Source: Octopus vulgaris
Taxonomy: Eukaryota
Assembly: GCA_951406725.2 (NCBI GenBank)
Contig: OX597816.1
Location: forward strand, 137,020,001-137,084,000
DNA: 64,000 bases
Direction of reading: 5' to 3'
Part shown: positions 1 to 12,211 of the stretch, piece by piece
Numbering within the stretch: the first letter of the stretch is position 1
Layout: every line of letters begins with the position of its first letter
Made by a program: the position numbers and the translations under genes
Notes under the pieces: model-generated
Told to the model about the DNA's origin: nothing
Database searches by the model: none
Seen by the model: only the letters and a program-made list of their open reading frames with translations

Positions 1-1075
1 TTGGTGCTAGTCCTTCTAGCTGTCTATATTTTGGTGCAATCTGAGCAATATGTACATGAAAAAAAAATTCATCATTACTCAAGTTAAATGTTCAGGGCAT
101 TTACTGGTTGTGACTCTGTGACTGCAATCCCTCCTGATCCAGTGTACTTTGTCTGCCCTCCTTCTAGCATTGTATTGCATGTTATTTTCTGAAGCCCACT
201 TATATTACAGGTATGTAGCATCCCCAAAGTTCTTTTTTTACCTGCAATACTTTTGTACAATGTGCATAGCTAGTGAGGATGATTGAATAGCTGAGGGGAT
301 ATCTGAGCAAACCACTATGAACAGCAGTGGTCCCAAGACAGTGCCCTGCAGGAGACTTCTTGTTATTCGGAAATTTCTTTGGAGATGTTCTTGTTGCTAC
401 TACTTCATAGCTTCTGTCTTTTAGAATGTCATACAGCCACTCCACTGGTTTTCTGGCTTTGTTGAGATGATGCAGTTGATGACATATCACTTTCTGTTCA
501 ACTTTTATTGAATCATCATCATCATCATCGTTTAACGTCTGTTCTCCATGCTAGCATGGGTTGGACGGTTTGACCGGGGAGCTGGGAAGCCAGAAGGCTG
601 CACCAGGCTCCAGTCTGATCTGGCAGTGTTTCTACAGCTGGATGCCCTACCTAACGCCAACCACTCCGTGAGTGTAGTGGGTGCTTTTTACGTGCCACCT
701 GCACAGGTGCCAAGCGAGGCTGGCAACGGCTGCGATCGGATTGGTGCATTTTACGTGCCACCGGCACGGAAGCCAGTCTAGGTGGCACTGGCATTGGCCA
801 CATTCAGGTGGTGCTTTTTACATGCCACTGGCACAGGGATCACAACTGCAGTTTCTATTGATTTTTATGTCTTTTCACAAAATCAAGATATATCCTTATC
901 CTCGTTTAAGTTTTTGAATAACTATAGGAGTTGTGTCAGAAAGCTTCTTTAGGTTGGAAAACTTGTCATTTTCTTCTAGCAGTATGGTTATTTTCTTCTG
1001 ACTATCCATTCCATGATTTTGCTATGTGAGGTCAATGAGATAGTCCTATAATTTGAAGCAACTGCATTGCTTTAG
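1..1075 (-). mobile_element. Degenerate CR1/L2-type LINE reverse transcriptase fragment, interrupted by an RTE-tail insertion
   Basis: Frameshifted minus-strand translations give NYRTISLTSH..KIMEWIVRRKI (~960-1060) and QGTVLGPLLFIVVCSDIP (~295-350), typical RT motifs of this clade. Confidence 0.7.
512..870 (-). mobile_element. 5'-truncated RTE LINE 3' UTR or RTE-tail SINE
   Basis: Matches the 3' end of the RTE element at 24141-24480; (GAT)n tail; internal ~50-bp repeats GGTGCTTTTTACGTGCCACC. Confidence 0.8.
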
Positions 1076-1077
1076 CC

Positions 1078-1240
1078 TTTAGATTTGTTCTGACCATATT
1101 AGATTTGTACTGATCAATTTTAGATTTGTACCATCCAATTTAAGATTTGTACAGTCCAATATTAGATTTGTACTGACCAATTTTAGGTTTGTGCTGACCA
1201 ATTTTAAATTTATACAGACCAATTTTAGAAAATTTACTGA
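1078..1240. repeat. ~21-bp minisatellite (TTTAGATTTGTACTGACCAAT-like), about 7 degenerate units
   Basis: Tandem units directly visible. Confidence 0.85.
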
Positions 1241-1449
1241 TCAACTTTTTGATACATATTTCTAAATAGAATATCTTGAACCCAAATATTTTTAATATAT
1301 ACACTTATAATCAAGAATTTTACCAATATATTACCATTATATAAATCAAAAGATTTTTTTTAATGAAACTTACATATATATATATATATATTTTATTGAC
1401 AATATATATATATTATGCCACCATATAAGCTTGGCACTTGCAAGAAAAC

Positions 1450-1819
1450 TGTTATGATGTGGTATTTTCCACAATTATAATGTGTGGTCACTGTTGTGAA
1501 TGTAGTTGTTGTATCAGTTCTAGTAGCCACGATATTTCCTTGGTATTCGATACAGTGTATCTCTTCTATACCAGAATGGTAATACACCACTTCGTCTATC
1601 GAGCTGTCGCTGATAGCTCTGCAAGACACCGAACTTGAACTGTCTCTCTTGACTGTGACTTGAACTCGACTATAACAAGTAACTAACACAACTCCAGCTG
1701 AGAACTCATACAACGACTGACACACGGCCCCACTGTACTGGTTGACGTCGTCTCACTTTATAGAGGCTGTTTCATTCCACTAGTTCCGTGGGAGGGGCTG
1801 TACCATTTCCACTACAACA
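1450..1819. mobile_element. Possible solo LTR
   Basis: TGTT...AACA termini with an imperfect 5-bp flanking duplication (aaaac/gaaac); no coding evidence. Confidence 0.3.
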
Positions 1820-2364
1820 GAAACTCTGGAAGAGAAACTAGTCGCTTTGTTTGGGCTCGTTTACATGTTTTCAAAGCGATTGCTGAGAGTTCATGAAGGC
1901 CAGTAGCTGAGTTTAGGCTTATTTTATCTCTAGCCAGTATTATATCTTTCTCAACGCAATCAATCATTGTTGCATATATACATCTGGTTTCGGAACGCGC
2001 GCACGCACGTGAAGCTGATATAAAGCAATGACCTATGTGAGACAACCACGATTTTACTTTTAAGAGTTATTTCCCTGGAACTGGCTATATAAACAGTGAT
2101 GTGACTATTAAAATTCACAACAGAACGTGTAAAACGTGGAGGGGTGTGCCTCTCAGCTGGAGGTCTGAAAAGACATGCTAAAAGAGTACTATGGTGGCAC
2201 CTGTTTCTCCTGCCAGCCAGCACAGTTATCCAGTATGTAATAAAATGTGTAAAAGTTTGGCCTTGGCTTAAAAGTCATATAAGGTCATCTCATGGCATCA
2301 ATAATGTATCATTTCAGTAAGTCTTTTTGGCAATGGCTTTTCTCATGCAACGACGGTGCAGCTA

Positions 2365-2440
<76 letters not shown>

Positions 2441-2442
<2 letters not shown>

Positions 2443-2721
2443 TCATCATCTTCATCATCATTTAGCGTCCGTTTTCCATGCTAGCATGGGTTGGACGTTC
2501 AACTGGGGTCTGTGAACCCAGAAGGCTGCATCAGGCCCAGTCTGATCTGGTAGTGTTTCTACGGCTGGATGCCCTTCCTAATGCCAACCACTCCGTGAGT
2601 GTAGTGGGTGCTTTTTACGTGCCACCTGCACAGGTGCCAGACGGAGCTGGCAAACGGCCACGGACGCATGGTGCTTTTTACGTGCCACCGGCATGGGGGC
2701 CAGGCAAGGCTGGCAACGGCC

Positions 2722-2722
<1 letters not shown>
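2441..2722 (-). mobile_element. RTE LINE 3' UTR copy inserted in (AT)n
   Basis: Same sequence family as 512-870 and 24141-24480. Confidence 0.8.
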
Positions 2723-2757
<35 letters not shown>

Positions 2758-3937
2758 ATATGATGGCTTTTCATGTGTTTTGATGAAGCTTTTTTTATCA
2801 TAATCCATCAATGTAACCCTGTATTTTTTTAACTGTATTGCCACTTTAAATAGATGTCCGATGTTAAAGGCAAAGAAAACCTACCTAAACTCCAAAATTA
2901 CTTAACATGTAATTACCAAACTAAATTACCTGCTTGCATGCATTTCTTTTAAAAATTGTATCATTCAACTATTGCTTAATCCAGACTTGTACTGTAAGAA
3001 AGGATATTGAAATATGTATCAGTTGCTCTAGAATGTGTGGTTTCAGAAATAACAGAAATTTGTTAGTATAGAGTAGGGTTCTCAGCCATATTTTTTTTTG
3101 TCTATTGACTCCTTTGATTACTATTTTATTCTGGTGGACCCCCATAGACATTTGCTTTTTAAAAACCAGTTTTATAGAAACTTCTTTCAAACTCCCTGTT
3201 TTGTTTTTCTCACATTAGCTTATGTAGACTGAACTATGTAAAACATTAAAGAAAGAAGCCAGCTGTTTCTTGCAGTACATGCCAATACATACATCTAAAG
3301 CAAAATTTTTCCAGGGACCCTTAGATTATTATTGTGGATCCCCAATTTACTATTTTGTTGTGTGGTGTCTCAAAATCTTATATGGACCCTCAGGGATAAC
3401 ATAACATATGAAGTTGACCATATTGAAACCAATGAGTTAGAAGAATACAGGTAGAACTTGAAAATTAAAAGAGCCACTAGGTTAAAACACAACTGGGCAG
3501 TTCTCGCCGTGAGGGACCACAAAGAAAAGAGATGTTCTGTTGTGGAAATCAGTTGCCTCCTGGATATGAATGTGGTTAGAAAAATACAAGAGAAAGAGAC
3601 CATCTATGGACCATTGAGAAGGAGTTTGTAAATCCAGTGCCGAAATACACTTTCAACTTGATGCCTATTATTATTGGAGCAATAGGATACATACCAACCC
3701 ACCTAGAGCAAAGTATGGCTCTCTTGGGGAGAGAATGCAAATTCTTAATTCATACACTACAAATGATTATGATATCTGTTTGAGACTATAAAAATCTGCA
3801 AACCCTTCATAAGATTTAAAGGATGACAGTAAAATCAAGATACTTTCCTTCACAACCTTGCTGTCAAGTTGGTGGCCAGTCAAAACTTACTCTAAATTAA
3901 AAAGAGAAAGAGAAGACATACATACATACACACACAC

Positions 3938-3968
<31 letters not shown>

Positions 3969-3974
3969 TGTATG

Positions 3975-4005
<31 letters not shown>

Positions 4006-4014
4006 GTATGTATG

Positions 4015-4565
4015 CATGTCATTGTTTAGTTTTATTTCAAGACTTCTTGCCAATAGAGAAAGAGCCGATTTCTAATCTAGATTCAAGGCTCCTTCATCAT
4101 AATTTTGACTTGAACAACAGGGCATTTTTGTTTGTTTGTATGTATGTATATATGTATATGTGCAGATTTGTATGTTTTGCTTTATGTATTCTCCTGCATA
4201 TAGTTGCATAACTAGACATGCTCATATATATATTTAGATGATAAACTTCTGGAAAGTTTTTACAGATTTTTATAGATCGAGTGATGGACTAGGTCTGTAG
4301 TCTTCGGATTAGCTTTCTCCTTTCTGGTTTTGAGAAGCCTAATTTCTCAAGTTTGGTATTTAGGCAGTGTGCTACATATCCCAGGGCCACAATGCTTACA
4401 GGTATAAACCTGAACTTGTAATCTGGATAGAGTAACTGCAGATTTCTCAATAGTTCAGCATAGGTATTCTCTTTTTCACTGATGTATGTATGTATGTATA
4501 TATCATATAAGTTTATACATGTATTGTTTACATTAATAGAGTATAGAAATTTCCATCCACAAGTT

Positions 4566-4612
<47 letters not shown>

Positions 4613-5200
4613 TATATTTATACTAAGCTGTAAGGAGTTCTGCATATATAACCATCCCACAGGATTATGCTGGCGATGAGAAAAGCAAGTGGAGGCTAAC
4701 AACAAGAAGCACAGGATTTTTTGTGAGCATATTCTGAGGCATTTGCCTAAAACAAATTAAATGATGTGGGTGATATCATCAGTGTTAACTCCACAAAGTC
4801 TGCATTTGTTATCACATTTTGTTATTTTTCTGTGTCTCTGTCCCTTTTGTGCATCAGATCTTTGCTTGCTATTTCCCGTTCCTAGATGGCAACACACACC
4901 ATTCAAACGAGAGTTGATGATGGAATGCTTTGATTATCAATGTTATTGTTATCCTGGAGCTTTATCCTAACATATTCATGTATTGTCTTCTCTTTATATA
5001 CACTCATCCTTTCATTTGAGGATACATTGCAGTAGAGTTGGGCAACTTCTTTGGGCATGTATTTAAGGTTATCAGACAAAGAATGTTACTGGAGGAACTG
5101 CTTTCCAAGTCTCATGATGGAGTTTGATTCTTGGTAGTTAAGAAATGTTGCTGAAGGGATAGGATATCAAATTCAAAGTCAGTCTGGATCAATGTTTAAG
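4015..5200 (-). mobile_element. Decayed R4/Dong-like non-LTR retrotransposon 3' part (restriction-like endonuclease type)
   Basis: SEKENTYAELLRNLQLLYPDYKFRFIPVSIVALG; CRLCGV..DITH zinc knuckle near 4770-4810; 3' end abuts (CATA)n. Confidence 0.7.
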
Positions 5201-5204
5201 CCTC

Positions 5205-5830
5205 TACTCTTTATTCTCTTTTACTCTTTTACTTCTTTCAGTCATTTGACTGCGGCCATGCTGGAGCACTGCCTTTTAGTCGAGTAAATCGACCTCAGGA
5301 CTTATTCTTTGTAAGCCCAGTACTTATTCTATCAGTCTCTTTTGCTGAACTGCTAAGTTACAGGGACGTAAACACACCACTATCGGTTGTCAAGCAATGC
5401 TAGGGGGACAAACACAGACACACAAACACACACACATACATATATATATTGTTCAATCTTCGTTCAACTCCATTTCTTCAATTCACTAATAATATTAATA
5501 TTCAATTATCCGCACCAACGCACGGTTGCAACACCATATGGTTGTACCTCCAACCGTGCTGTCTTCTGCTGTGATTTTTGCTACCAAGGTATCGGTTAAA
5601 CTTTTGATTAATCTGCAACAAGATTATTCATCTTTCTATTTCACATATATATATATACATATATACGACGGGCTTCTTCCAGTTTCCGTCTACCAAATCC
5701 ACTCACAAGGCTTTGGTCGGCCCGAGGCTATAGTAGAAGACACTTGCCCAAGGTGCCATGCAGTGGGAATGAACCCGGAACCATGTGGTTGGTAAGCAAG
5801 CTACTTACCACACAGCCACTCCTGCGCCTA
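5205..5830 (-). mobile_element. tRNA-derived SINE (dominant family in the window), interrupted
   Basis: Reverse complement of the family at 11002-11408; head GCAGGAGTGGCTGTGTGG..GGTTC, tail (AAAAGAGT)n. Confidence 0.8.
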
Positions 5831-6127
5831 TATAGCCACTCCTGCGCCTACCTCTTGTTTTCATTTTAGATAGAGGTTTTCTCATCAATGGCTTGGATCT
5901 TACCAAGCATCCAATCAAGTAGTCCAAATGTTGGTATGAATACTGGTTCTGCAAATACATTGTGGGCCATTGTTTTATTAATGCAAAGAGTTCTCAGGGC
6001 CATATTTTCCTTATTTGGCTGTAATATTCTTAAGTGATATGTGTCTTGTTATAAGTAACCCTCGTAAAATATGTTTTCCTCTTCTACTAGGTACTTGCAA
6101 GATTCCTCATCAGATATAGGAAAAACT

Positions 6128-6534
6128 TTATTTACAATTGATGGATATTTGTCCTCATCTTGTTTGTTGTTAACACAACGTTTTTGGCTGATATACTCTC
6201 CAACCTTCATCAGGTGTCTTGGGGAAATTTCGAACCTGGGTTCTCATTCCTAAAGTATTTTTCGATGTTGTTGTTATTATTGTTGTTATTATTGGCTTAG
6301 TGGTTAAGAGTGTGGGCTACTAACCCCAAGATTCCGAGTTCGATTCCAGGCAGTGTCCTTAATAATAATAATAATAATAATGATAATAATAACAACATCA
6401 AAAAATACCTTAGGAACGAGAACTCAGGTTTGAAATTTCCCCAAGACACCTGATGAAGGCTGGAGGGTATATCAGCTGAAACATTGTGTTCAAAACAAAC
6501 AAGATGAGGACAAATATCTGTCAATTGTAAATAA
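6128..6534. repeat. Inverted repeat (~150-bp arms) around a tRNA-like SINE head
   Basis: 6128-6282 is the reverse complement of ~6380-6534; the centre 6294-6355 has A-box (TAGTGG) and B-box (GTTCGATTCC) motifs. Confidence 0.8.
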
Positions 6535-6744
6535 TGTACATAATTCCTCACCTCTTAAATATAAAACTGTATACGAAAAACAGTTAAACTATTTATGGAG
6601 ATGCTGGTAGTCTGGTTTACTGTTTTCTCTCTTTTCACAACCACATAGCAACATTTATCCTGATCAAACTCCAACCCTATATCATTTTGAGAATCGCATG
6701 TATGTATGTATGTATGTATGCATGTATGTGTGTGTATGCATGCA

Positions 6745-8130
6745 TGTCATTATTCGGTTTTATTTCAACATTTCTTGTCAATAAAGAGCTGGTTTCTAAC
6801 CTAGATCCAAGGCTCCTTCGTTGGGATTTCAACATCAACAATAGAGTGTTTTTGTATGTATGTATGTATGTATGTATGTATGTATGTATGTATGTATGTA
6901 TGTATGTATGTATGTATGTATGTACGTATGTATGTATGTATGTATGCATGCATATATGTATGTGTGCAGATTGGTATGCTTTGTTTTATGTATGTATTCT
7001 CATGCATATAGTTGCATATTTAGACATGTTCATATATATTTAAATGAAAAACTTCTGAAAAGTTCTAAATATTTTTACAGTTCTAGTAATGGATTGGAAC
7101 TGTAAGTCTTCAAATTAGCTTTCTCCCTTTGGGTTTTGAGAAGCTTAATTTCTCAAGATTGGTATTTAGGCAGTGTGTTACATATCCCAGGGTCCCAATA
7201 ATTATAGGTACAAACCTGAACTTGTAATCTGGATTTAGTAACTGCAGATTTCTAAATAGTTCAGTGTAGGTATTCTCTTTTTCACAGATCTTCAGTTTTA
7301 TGTTAATGTCAGCTGGGCAGCTAATTTCCATAACTGTGCACAGTTTCTCTTCTCTATCCCAAATCATTATATCAGGTCTGTTGTGCTTACATTTTATTGA
7401 GGTCTTTACATTTTATTGAGGTCTCCACCAGTACTCCTTTTTATTATGAGTGGCTATGGCTTCTACCATATTGTGGATTCTTATTTGTTTGACCTGAAGG
7501 TTATCTTTCTGACGGATTTTATTATAAAGAGTCCCAGCTACAGCATCATGCCTCATATGTAGATAATACTGTGATGACATTTTCAGGCAACTGATGTGGG
7601 TGATATCTTCAGTGATAACTCCACAAAGCCTGCATCAGTTGTCACATTTTACTGCTTTTCCTGCATCTCTAGCCCTTTTGTGTATCAGGTATTTGGTTGA
7701 TATTTCCTGTTCTTGGATTGCAAAAACATACCCTTCAGAGTGGGAGGTAGTAATCTGGCTATTGGTCCATAATACACTGCTTTGATGATCAATGTTACTA
7801 CCATCTCGGAGCTTTCTACTAACATATCCATATGTAGTCTTCTACCCATATAGTCACATCCTTTCATCTGATGATATGTTGTGGTAGAGCTGTGTGACTT
7901 CTTTGGGCATGTATTTTTAGGCTATCAGACCAGGAATGTTGCTCAAGGAGTCGCCTTCCAAGTCTTATGATGTAATCAGTCTCATGTATGCAAACTCAGT
8001 CAAGAGATGCACTTCAAGACTTGGCGGTTAAAAGATGTTGCCGAAGGGATATGATACGACATTCAAAGGCATTTTGGATCCATGTAAAGCCTCTACTACC
8101 TTGTTTTCGTTTTAGGTAGAGGCGGTCTAC
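6745..8130 (-). mobile_element. Second decayed R4/Dong-like LINE copy (plus a 3' stub at 8176-8285)
   Basis: QEQEISTKYL, CRLCGVITEDITH, RHDAV, IWDREEKLCTVMEISCPADIN..EKENTY..IIIGTLG; 3' UTR homologous to 4015-4280. Confidence 0.75.
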
Positions 8131-8722
8131 GTCTCTGTCTATGTGGAAATTATGTGTGTGTGTATGTATGTATGTATGTCATTATTCAGCTTTATTTCAA
8201 GATTTCTTGCCAAAGAGAAAGAGCCAGTTTCTAACCTAAATCAGGCTCCTTTATTGGAATTTCAACAATATCAACGGGGATTTTGTATGTATGTATGTAT
8301 GTATGTATGTATGTATGTATGTATGTATGTATGTATGTATGTATGTATGTATGTATGTATGTATGTATGTATGTACGTACGTACGTATGTATGTGGTGGG
8401 GAGATCTAACCATGTTTGAAAAGCCGCATGAAAGCGATGTTTATTACCGTTTAACTATTATCTCGTGCTACTCTGATTTTACTTTCCTTGTTCTTATTTT
8501 ATCAATTTGCCTCTTCCCTGTAATATTCTCATAATAAATTCTATCACGTGTTTAACATCAGCCGTAACTGTTTTTGTCTTGAACAGGGATGAATGCTCTT
8601 TGCAAAGACGAACTATTCAAGGGAAATAACTTTCTGTTCTCATTTAGTTATCTACCTTTATCCGTAGCGGTTATGATATACATATCTACCTTATGGTGTC
8701 TTTACATCTTTCATCTTTCTAT

Positions 8723-9165
8723 TTGTTTCAGTCATTGGACTGCGACCATACTGGGGCATTGCCTTGAAGGTTTATAGTCCCACGAATCGGCCCCCATACT
8801 TATTTTTTAAAGCGTAGTTCATATGCTTTCATGTCTCTTATGCCGAATCGCGTCAAGTTACTGGGGCATACTACTCCTAGCACACACGCGCGCGCGCGCA
8901 CACACACACACACACACAGACACACACACACACACGCGCACGCACGCACACACACACATACACACACAGGTATATATTCTTTTACTCTTTTACTAGCTTC
9001 AGTCATTTGACTGCGGCCTTTCTGGAGCACCACCTGAAAGGGTTTTAGTCGAAGAAATCGATCTCAGGGCTTATTCTTTGTAAACTTTGTACTTATTCTA
9101 TCAATCTCTGTTGCCGAACAGCTAAGTTACAGGGACATAATATAAACACACACACACACACAAAT
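8723..9165 (-). mobile_element. Two partial SINE 3' ends
   Basis: TTTCAGTCATTTGACTGCGGCC..GCACC..TAGTCG..AAGTTAC motifs of the dominant SINE family. Confidence 0.7.
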
Positions 9166-10057
9166 CCAAAGAATGGAACAAGAACGCAACAGGTGACAAT
9201 AAAACATCCGGACAGATAGACAATACAAAGATGGAAAGGAAAAACAACAAACTGATGGACAGGAAAAGATAAGGACGGGTCATTCGCAGCCTTCTCTCAT
9301 CAGTCAAGTTTCCAGATTATCCTTACAGTTTCGGCTGGTTATACTTGAGACTGTTCAAATCTGGCTGACCCTAAAAATCTAAGCTAAGAGCATTACATTT
9401 TTGGGGAGAAAGCAAGCAAATTTGTACAACAACAAAGACAAAGAAAGAAGAACATGTTACACAATTACAAATACAAACACCAAGAAAATAACAACAGGTA
9501 TCTTTCAACTAATAAGGACGAATCAAGTTGAGCTGGCATGTGTCTTATAAAAGCCTTGAGGCAGGCACATAGGAGAACATAAGAGATAAAAGTAATGAGA
9601 CAGGAATATAACAGATGCTTCAAGACCGGCAGTCGAACCAAGAAATAAAGATCATGCTTGGCCGAGCATCAGTCATGTGGAAGGAAAGGAGAGAAGTAGG
9701 GGCAGAGGGATTGAAGAATTAGGGGAAGATCAAGAAAGAGAGGAAATAAAAAAAAAAGACATAGAGATAGGTACAAGAGAAATAAACGAGGAGGGAAAGT
9801 GGGGAGATTAAAGAAAAAGAAAGTCAAGAAATGTGAGCAAGAAAAGAAGTAAGAAAGAAAAAAGTATGAGGAGGACTAAAAGAAAGAGTAAAAGAGTCGT
9901 ACAGAATTTAGATACATACTTACTTACAAGGTGAGCAAAAGTGTACGTATGCCACTATATCTCTATATATAAACGGCAAAATGTCTGTGTGTGTCCTTTA
10001 TACAAATCCACAATTTTTCAGTTAGAGGGCTTGCACTTTCTATGGTCATTCAAAACC

Positions 10058-11000
10058 TTTGTAGAAGAAGGAACGAAGGCAGCCGAGAAGGCGGAGGACT
10101 CCTCAAAGAAGGGCCGCAAGAGGAAGAAGATGCGGAACCAAGGGTGCTCACCGAAGGATCCTAGGGATGAGGGAGGGGAGGCGAATCTCCCGGTTGCGGA
10201 GGAGACGCACCTTCCCTCAGTTGAGAATAAAAAAAAGAGGAAAGAGGAAGAGAAACAGGACATTGCCGGCAGTCAGTGACATAGCACCGGAATGTCCCGG
10301 AACCCTGCCGGTAGGGGTTGCGCCACCGGCAGGGGAAGAGACACCGTTGGGGGGGAATTGAGCCGCCAACGGTAGAATTGACTACCTCGAACCTGGAGGA
10401 AGACGAACTTGGTCTTCTACAGAGGCGGAGAGGTGGAAAAGGTGGTGGAAAAGCACGGTAAGGGAGTACCTTTAACCTTCAGACAGGATCCCGAATGGCC
10501 TCCGCAGATAGCTGTGGAGGTCATAACGTTGCCCGTAACGCATAGGCTGCAGGGACTCAATGAGGAATATCGCTTGTGGCCGGGCGACGCCGACTCGGAT
10601 GCCGCCTTAGTCTTGAATGAGGCGTGGGTGATGGAGGAGTATACGAGCACAAGCGATGTTGGGGAGGAATAGTGACAAGAGGTTGAAATGCGTCAGTGTT
10701 ATAATGTTTATTGTATAATGTTTAATGTTTATTGTATGTTATTGTGTTTAAGAGTCTTAACGCCCCAATTTTTAAATGGACTATTAGTCCAATAATTGTA
10801 AAACTGAAGTAAGAGGTTCAATACCTTGTTTTGTCTTTTTCCTGTGAAAAAAAAAAAAAAATTTGGAGAAGCAAAAAATCGGCAGGCGTTTTTTGTCTTC
10901 TCCCTTTAATATCATCCTTTTCATCATTCACCTTATCAGTGCTTTTGTCCAGCCCACAAGCTATTCTGTGTCATGCCTTTATGGCAAAATTTTTGAAATA
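10058..11000 (+). mobile_element. Probable L1/Tx1-type LINE-derived fragment, preceded by a Helitron-like 5' stub at 9960-10057
   Basis: GC-rich Lys/Glu-rich low-complexity ORF remnants followed by a T-rich 3' UTR ending in AATAAAG, like the LINE 3' ends at 36400-36780 and 50150-50400. Confidence 0.4.
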
Positions 11001-11001
11001 A

Positions 11002-11408
11002 AGTAGCTTGCTTACTAACAACATGGTTCCGGGTTCAGTCCCACTGCGTGGCACCTTGGGCAAGTGTCTTCTACTATAGCCTCGGGCCGATCAAAGCCTT
11101 GTGAGTGGATTTGGTAGACGGAAACTGAAAGAAACTCGTCGTATATATGTATATATGTATATATATATATATGTGTGTGTATATGTTTGTGTGTCTGTGT
11201 TTGTCCCCGCAACATCGCTTGACAACCGATGGTGTTGTGTTTACGTCCCCGTAACTTAGCGGTTCGGCAAAAGAGACCGATAGAGTAAGTACTAGGCTTA
11301 CAAAGAATAAGTCCTGGGATCGATTTGCCCGACTAAAGGCGATGCTCCAGCATGGCCACAGTCAAATGACTGAAACAAGTAAACGAGAGTAAATAGAGTA
11401 AAGAGTAG
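11002..11408 (+). mobile_element. tRNA-derived SINE; the left breakpoint of the tandem duplication lies inside it
   Basis: B-box-like GGGTTCAGTCCC, conserved body, (AAGAGTA)n tail. Confidence 0.85.
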
Positions 11409-12076
11409 AATGAACAAATTAAGTTGCTTCAGAGGGGCTGCTCCGAACAAGGGGCCCTGAAGCTTAAGCTTCATTAGTTTATGGTAGTTTTATGGTTACT
11501 GCCTGACCCACAGATATATTTCCTCTCTACCTACGCTTCTACCGTTATTCCTATGAACTTAACCCGTTAGAACTACCTGGTCATGTACCACTTCCACTCA
11601 GACGATCTCTAGTCTCTCATTAATCCGCATTAACTAAACCAGAACCACTAAATATTGTTTAATATAATGGTTTCACATTTAGGCACAAGATCAATAATTT
11701 TGAGGGGATAGCGATGAGTCGGTTGCATTGACCACAGTATTTATATGGTATTTTATTCTGTCGACCCCGAAAGGATGACAGGCAATAATGATCTTCGTGT
11801 GATTTGAATTCAGAACGTATATAGTCAGAACAAATACTATAAGGAATTTATTCCGATGTTCTAATGGTAATATAACTCGTAAAACATATGTAAATTAGTT
11901 TGTACAAATAGGGTGCGCATTAACATTTGTACAAATAGGTTTTCTATAACATAAGCAGTCTCGGTCGAAATCTCGTCCACTACTTTTATTCATACACCCT
12001 ATTCTCCCTCTAACTAAAAAATGTTTCAATTCCAAATTAAAACTGAACGAAATTGTTTTCTAGGAAATAATTGTGG

Positions 12077-12110
12077 ATTGGAGGAGAGGAAGGTTAGCGA
12101 GCGTATAAAA
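12077..12110 (+). promoter_or_regulatory. Putative core promoter of copy A: inverted CCAAT (12077-12081) and TATAAAA (12104-12110)
   Basis: Canonical motifs ~100 nt upstream of the ATG, both conserved in the diverged copy C although the spacer between them differs. Confidence 0.65.
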
Positions 12111-12211
12111 GGCGCACTAAAGTATACATTGAAATTAAAACGAGCAAGCAGCTACACTTTAAAAATCATAATCCTTTTCATGAAAGAAAAAGTTCATTGA
12201 AACAGAGAGAG

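Noticed and set aside
670-840. CRISPR-like repeat-spacer array (GGTGCTTTTTACGTGCCACC repeats, also at 45675-45875)
   Set aside because: Spacers resemble one another, the array is part of the RTE 3' UTR, the context is eukaryotic and there are no cas genes.
6294-6355. Functional tRNA gene
   Set aside because: Acceptor stem incomplete and anticodon stem imperfect; embedded in a repeat, so better read as a SINE head.
12197-12211. 5-aa N-terminal extension of copy A in the ORF track
   Set aside because: Starts at TTG, not a normal eukaryotic start; the ATG at 12212 matches both paralogs and gives a clean signal peptide.
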